Positions 62,711 through 64,000 of a stretch of 64,000 bases of DNA are shown here, piece by piece. Under the pieces are notes generated by a model. That model was not told the origin of the DNA, did not search any database, and saw only the letters and a program-made list of their open reading frames with translations. The stretch lies in assembly GCA_017518975.1 (NCBI GenBank), contig JAFWTH010000140.1:23467-87466 (forward strand). Reading direction: 5' to 3'. Position 1 is the first letter of the stretch; the number at the start of each line of letters is the position of its first letter. The stretch is from Clostridia bacterium. Lineage in GTDB: Bacteria; Bacillota; Clostridia; Oscillospirales; CAG-272. The position numbers were made by a program, and so were the translations under genes.

Positions 62711-63469
62711 TTATTCACCAATTATCTTGTGTAGATTATCGCGGCGAAGAATGATAATTGAAATAACAATTAACGCAAACGTAAGAATTAGAAAAAAGAT
62801 GCGATTATATAACCATGCATTTTTTAGAATGTTTAAATTAGAATAATTATCTGACAATGAGTTCGGTACAGTATTTCCAACAAAGTAAACGGTAATAAAC
62901 GGATCGAAAAAACACATTCTGATGTCTGTCAGTCCTCTCCTCAATTCATCGTTAAAATTGAATAATGCGATCAAAATACCAATATCAATAAACACTGGAA
63001 AAAAACAATTCTTTACTAATAACCGTATAACAAAAAATAATGAGGAGAAGAAAGAAATTGTAACAAACACGGATATGCACATAAATAATTTATAGTTGTT
63101 TGGAACATAGACTGGGATTGCAGTGGAAAAACCACTTTCTATGTCAAATGGTTTATATTGGTAGAAGATAACGGCCAAAATGGATATTATCAAAGTATAA
63201 ATATATATTGGAAATGCTTTGGTCAAAGCAAGTTTTACGGTTCTATATCCATTTACAAGTCCCAATTCAATTTCATATTTGTTTGGTAAAATAAATGAAA
63301 AAAATGCAATGAGTAGAACCGCCAATGAGTACTCTAAATATAATACAAATCCGCTATACGGAGGCGGTGCAATAAGATAATCGGCGTTCCAAATGTGCGT
63401 TGCCACAAGGATCAAGCCAATTGTTATGGGTACTACATATAGCGTTGATTTGAATGTTTTCTTGAACAT
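62711..63469 (-). CDS. ABC-2-type transporter permease
   Basis: ATG 63469 follows GGAGGA. About 6 hydrophobic helices. It lies immediately upstream of the ATPase gene. Confidence 0.6.
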   Translation of the reverse strand: MFKKTFKSTLYVVPITIGLILVATHIWNADYLIAPPPYSGFVLYLEYSLAVLLIAFFSFILPNKYEIELGLVNGYRTVKLALTKAFPIYIYTLIISILAVIFYQYKPFDIESGFSTAIPVYVPNNYKLFMCISVFVTISFFSSLFFVIRLLVKNCFFPVFIDIGILIALFNFNDELRRGLTDIRMCFFDPFITVYFVGNTVPNSLSDNYSNLNILKNAWLYNRIFFLILTFALIVISIIILRRDNLHKIIGE

Positions 63470-63485
63470 AACAACCTTGTCCTCC

Positions 63486-64000
63486 TTACGTTTTTCTTTG
63501 CTTAATACACAAATAAGAGATAGCAACAAACACTGCTGCAATTAAATATAGACACCCAAGACTCGTTATCATCTGTACTATTGTAAATGGATTGTGTATC
63601 TCCTTTTCAAAAAACCACTCTGTGTCGTAATAAGTCCAGTACTGATATAATTTTACTGGTGTCGGACTTATATAATCGTGATAGAATGCAGGCAATTTCC
63701 CGGATATATAAAACTCTGCTAAGAACTTAAAAAGAACTATAACAAATCCAAATATTGAACCTCCAAAACCGCTGTGGGTTATACTACTTGCAAAAAAGAC
63801 TGCACTTACAAATATGAGAATCCCAGGGAAAACTGCCATAAAGAAAACACGCAAAACACGAATTGTCGAATCAAAAACATAAAACAGTGGTGAAGAAATG
63901 GAGGGAACGCCACCGCGCGTGAGAATATATGTATGAAAGGCAACAAAAGATGCAAACAACGATAATAGTGTTGAAAAGAAAAGAACAGAAGAAAACTTGC
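63486..64000 (-). CDS. Second membrane permease (5' end beyond the window)
   Basis: A polytopic hydrophobic ORF. The reading frame stays open upstream of the annotated TTG through the window edge. Confidence 0.5.
   Translation of the reverse strand, partial: KFSSVLFFSTLLSLFASFVAFHTYILTRGGVPSISSPLFYVFDSTIRVLRVFFMAVFPGILIFVSAVFFASSITHSGFGGSIFGFVIVLFKFLAEFYISGKLPAFYHDYISPTPVKLYQYWTYYDTEWFFEKEIHNPFTIVQMITSLGCLYLIAAVFVAISYLCIKQRKT

Larger units (their letters stand above)
49980..64000 (-). other. AT-rich accessory island (all genes on the - strand), continues beyond the window
   Basis: By eye the composition shifts sharply to AT-rich just after the conjugative-element HTH gene. Codon usage and gene content (SLH proteins, a peptide/ABC cluster) are unrelated to the preceding block. 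Confidence 0.6.

Overview
The window looks like a chromosome segment from a Clostridia-type Firmicute and falls into four parts. (1) 1-5.3 kb holds the conserved rsmB-rlmN-stp-prkC-rsgA operon. (2) 5.3-6.1 kb is noncoding DNA dense in hairpins and repeats. It ends in an orphan 3' half of a tRNA-Ser(UGA) gene, which reads as an integration-site scar. (3) 6.1-15.5 kb is a decayed mosaic of accessory DNA. It contains an excisionase-like HTH gene whose downstream ORF stops after 5 codons, truncated gene fragments, a three-gene DUF4062 / ImmA-IrrE / DUF4411 operon, an HTH-AAA-ATPase/PD-(D/E)XK gene, a secreted metalloprotease and a lipoprotein. (4) 15.6-49.9 kb is the backbone of a Firmicute conjugative element, about 34 kb and all on the + strand. 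It carries an anti-restriction-type accessory block with two orphan methyltransferases, a thioester/LPXTG-type adhesin with a class B sortase, and VirB2/3/4/6-like genes. It also carries a cell-wall hydrolase, an RHH accessory protein, a relaxase, a Toprim protein and a VirD4-type coupling protein. A visibly AT-rich island on the - strand follows at 50-64 kb. It holds a RES-domain protein, three SLH-domain proteins, and a cluster built around an 80-aa cysteine-rich peptide with ABC transporters and papain/BtrH-like paralogs. No integrase or recombinase gene is present anywhere in the window. The most notable observation is a recurrent C-terminal tail, an acidic stretch ending in Met-x-Met at the C-terminus, on at least 12 unrelated soluble proteins of the conjugative element; it may be a protein-translocation or recognition signal. 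Other notable points are three self-contained promoter-gene-terminator cassettes (two minimal nucleotidyltransferases and a HipA-like kinase) wedged into the T4SS operon, one of them bracketed by a 181-bp duplication of the virB4 5' end, and the DUF4062/ImmA/DUF4411 operon as a candidate defence module. All family assignments come from motif recognition by eye. No database search was run.
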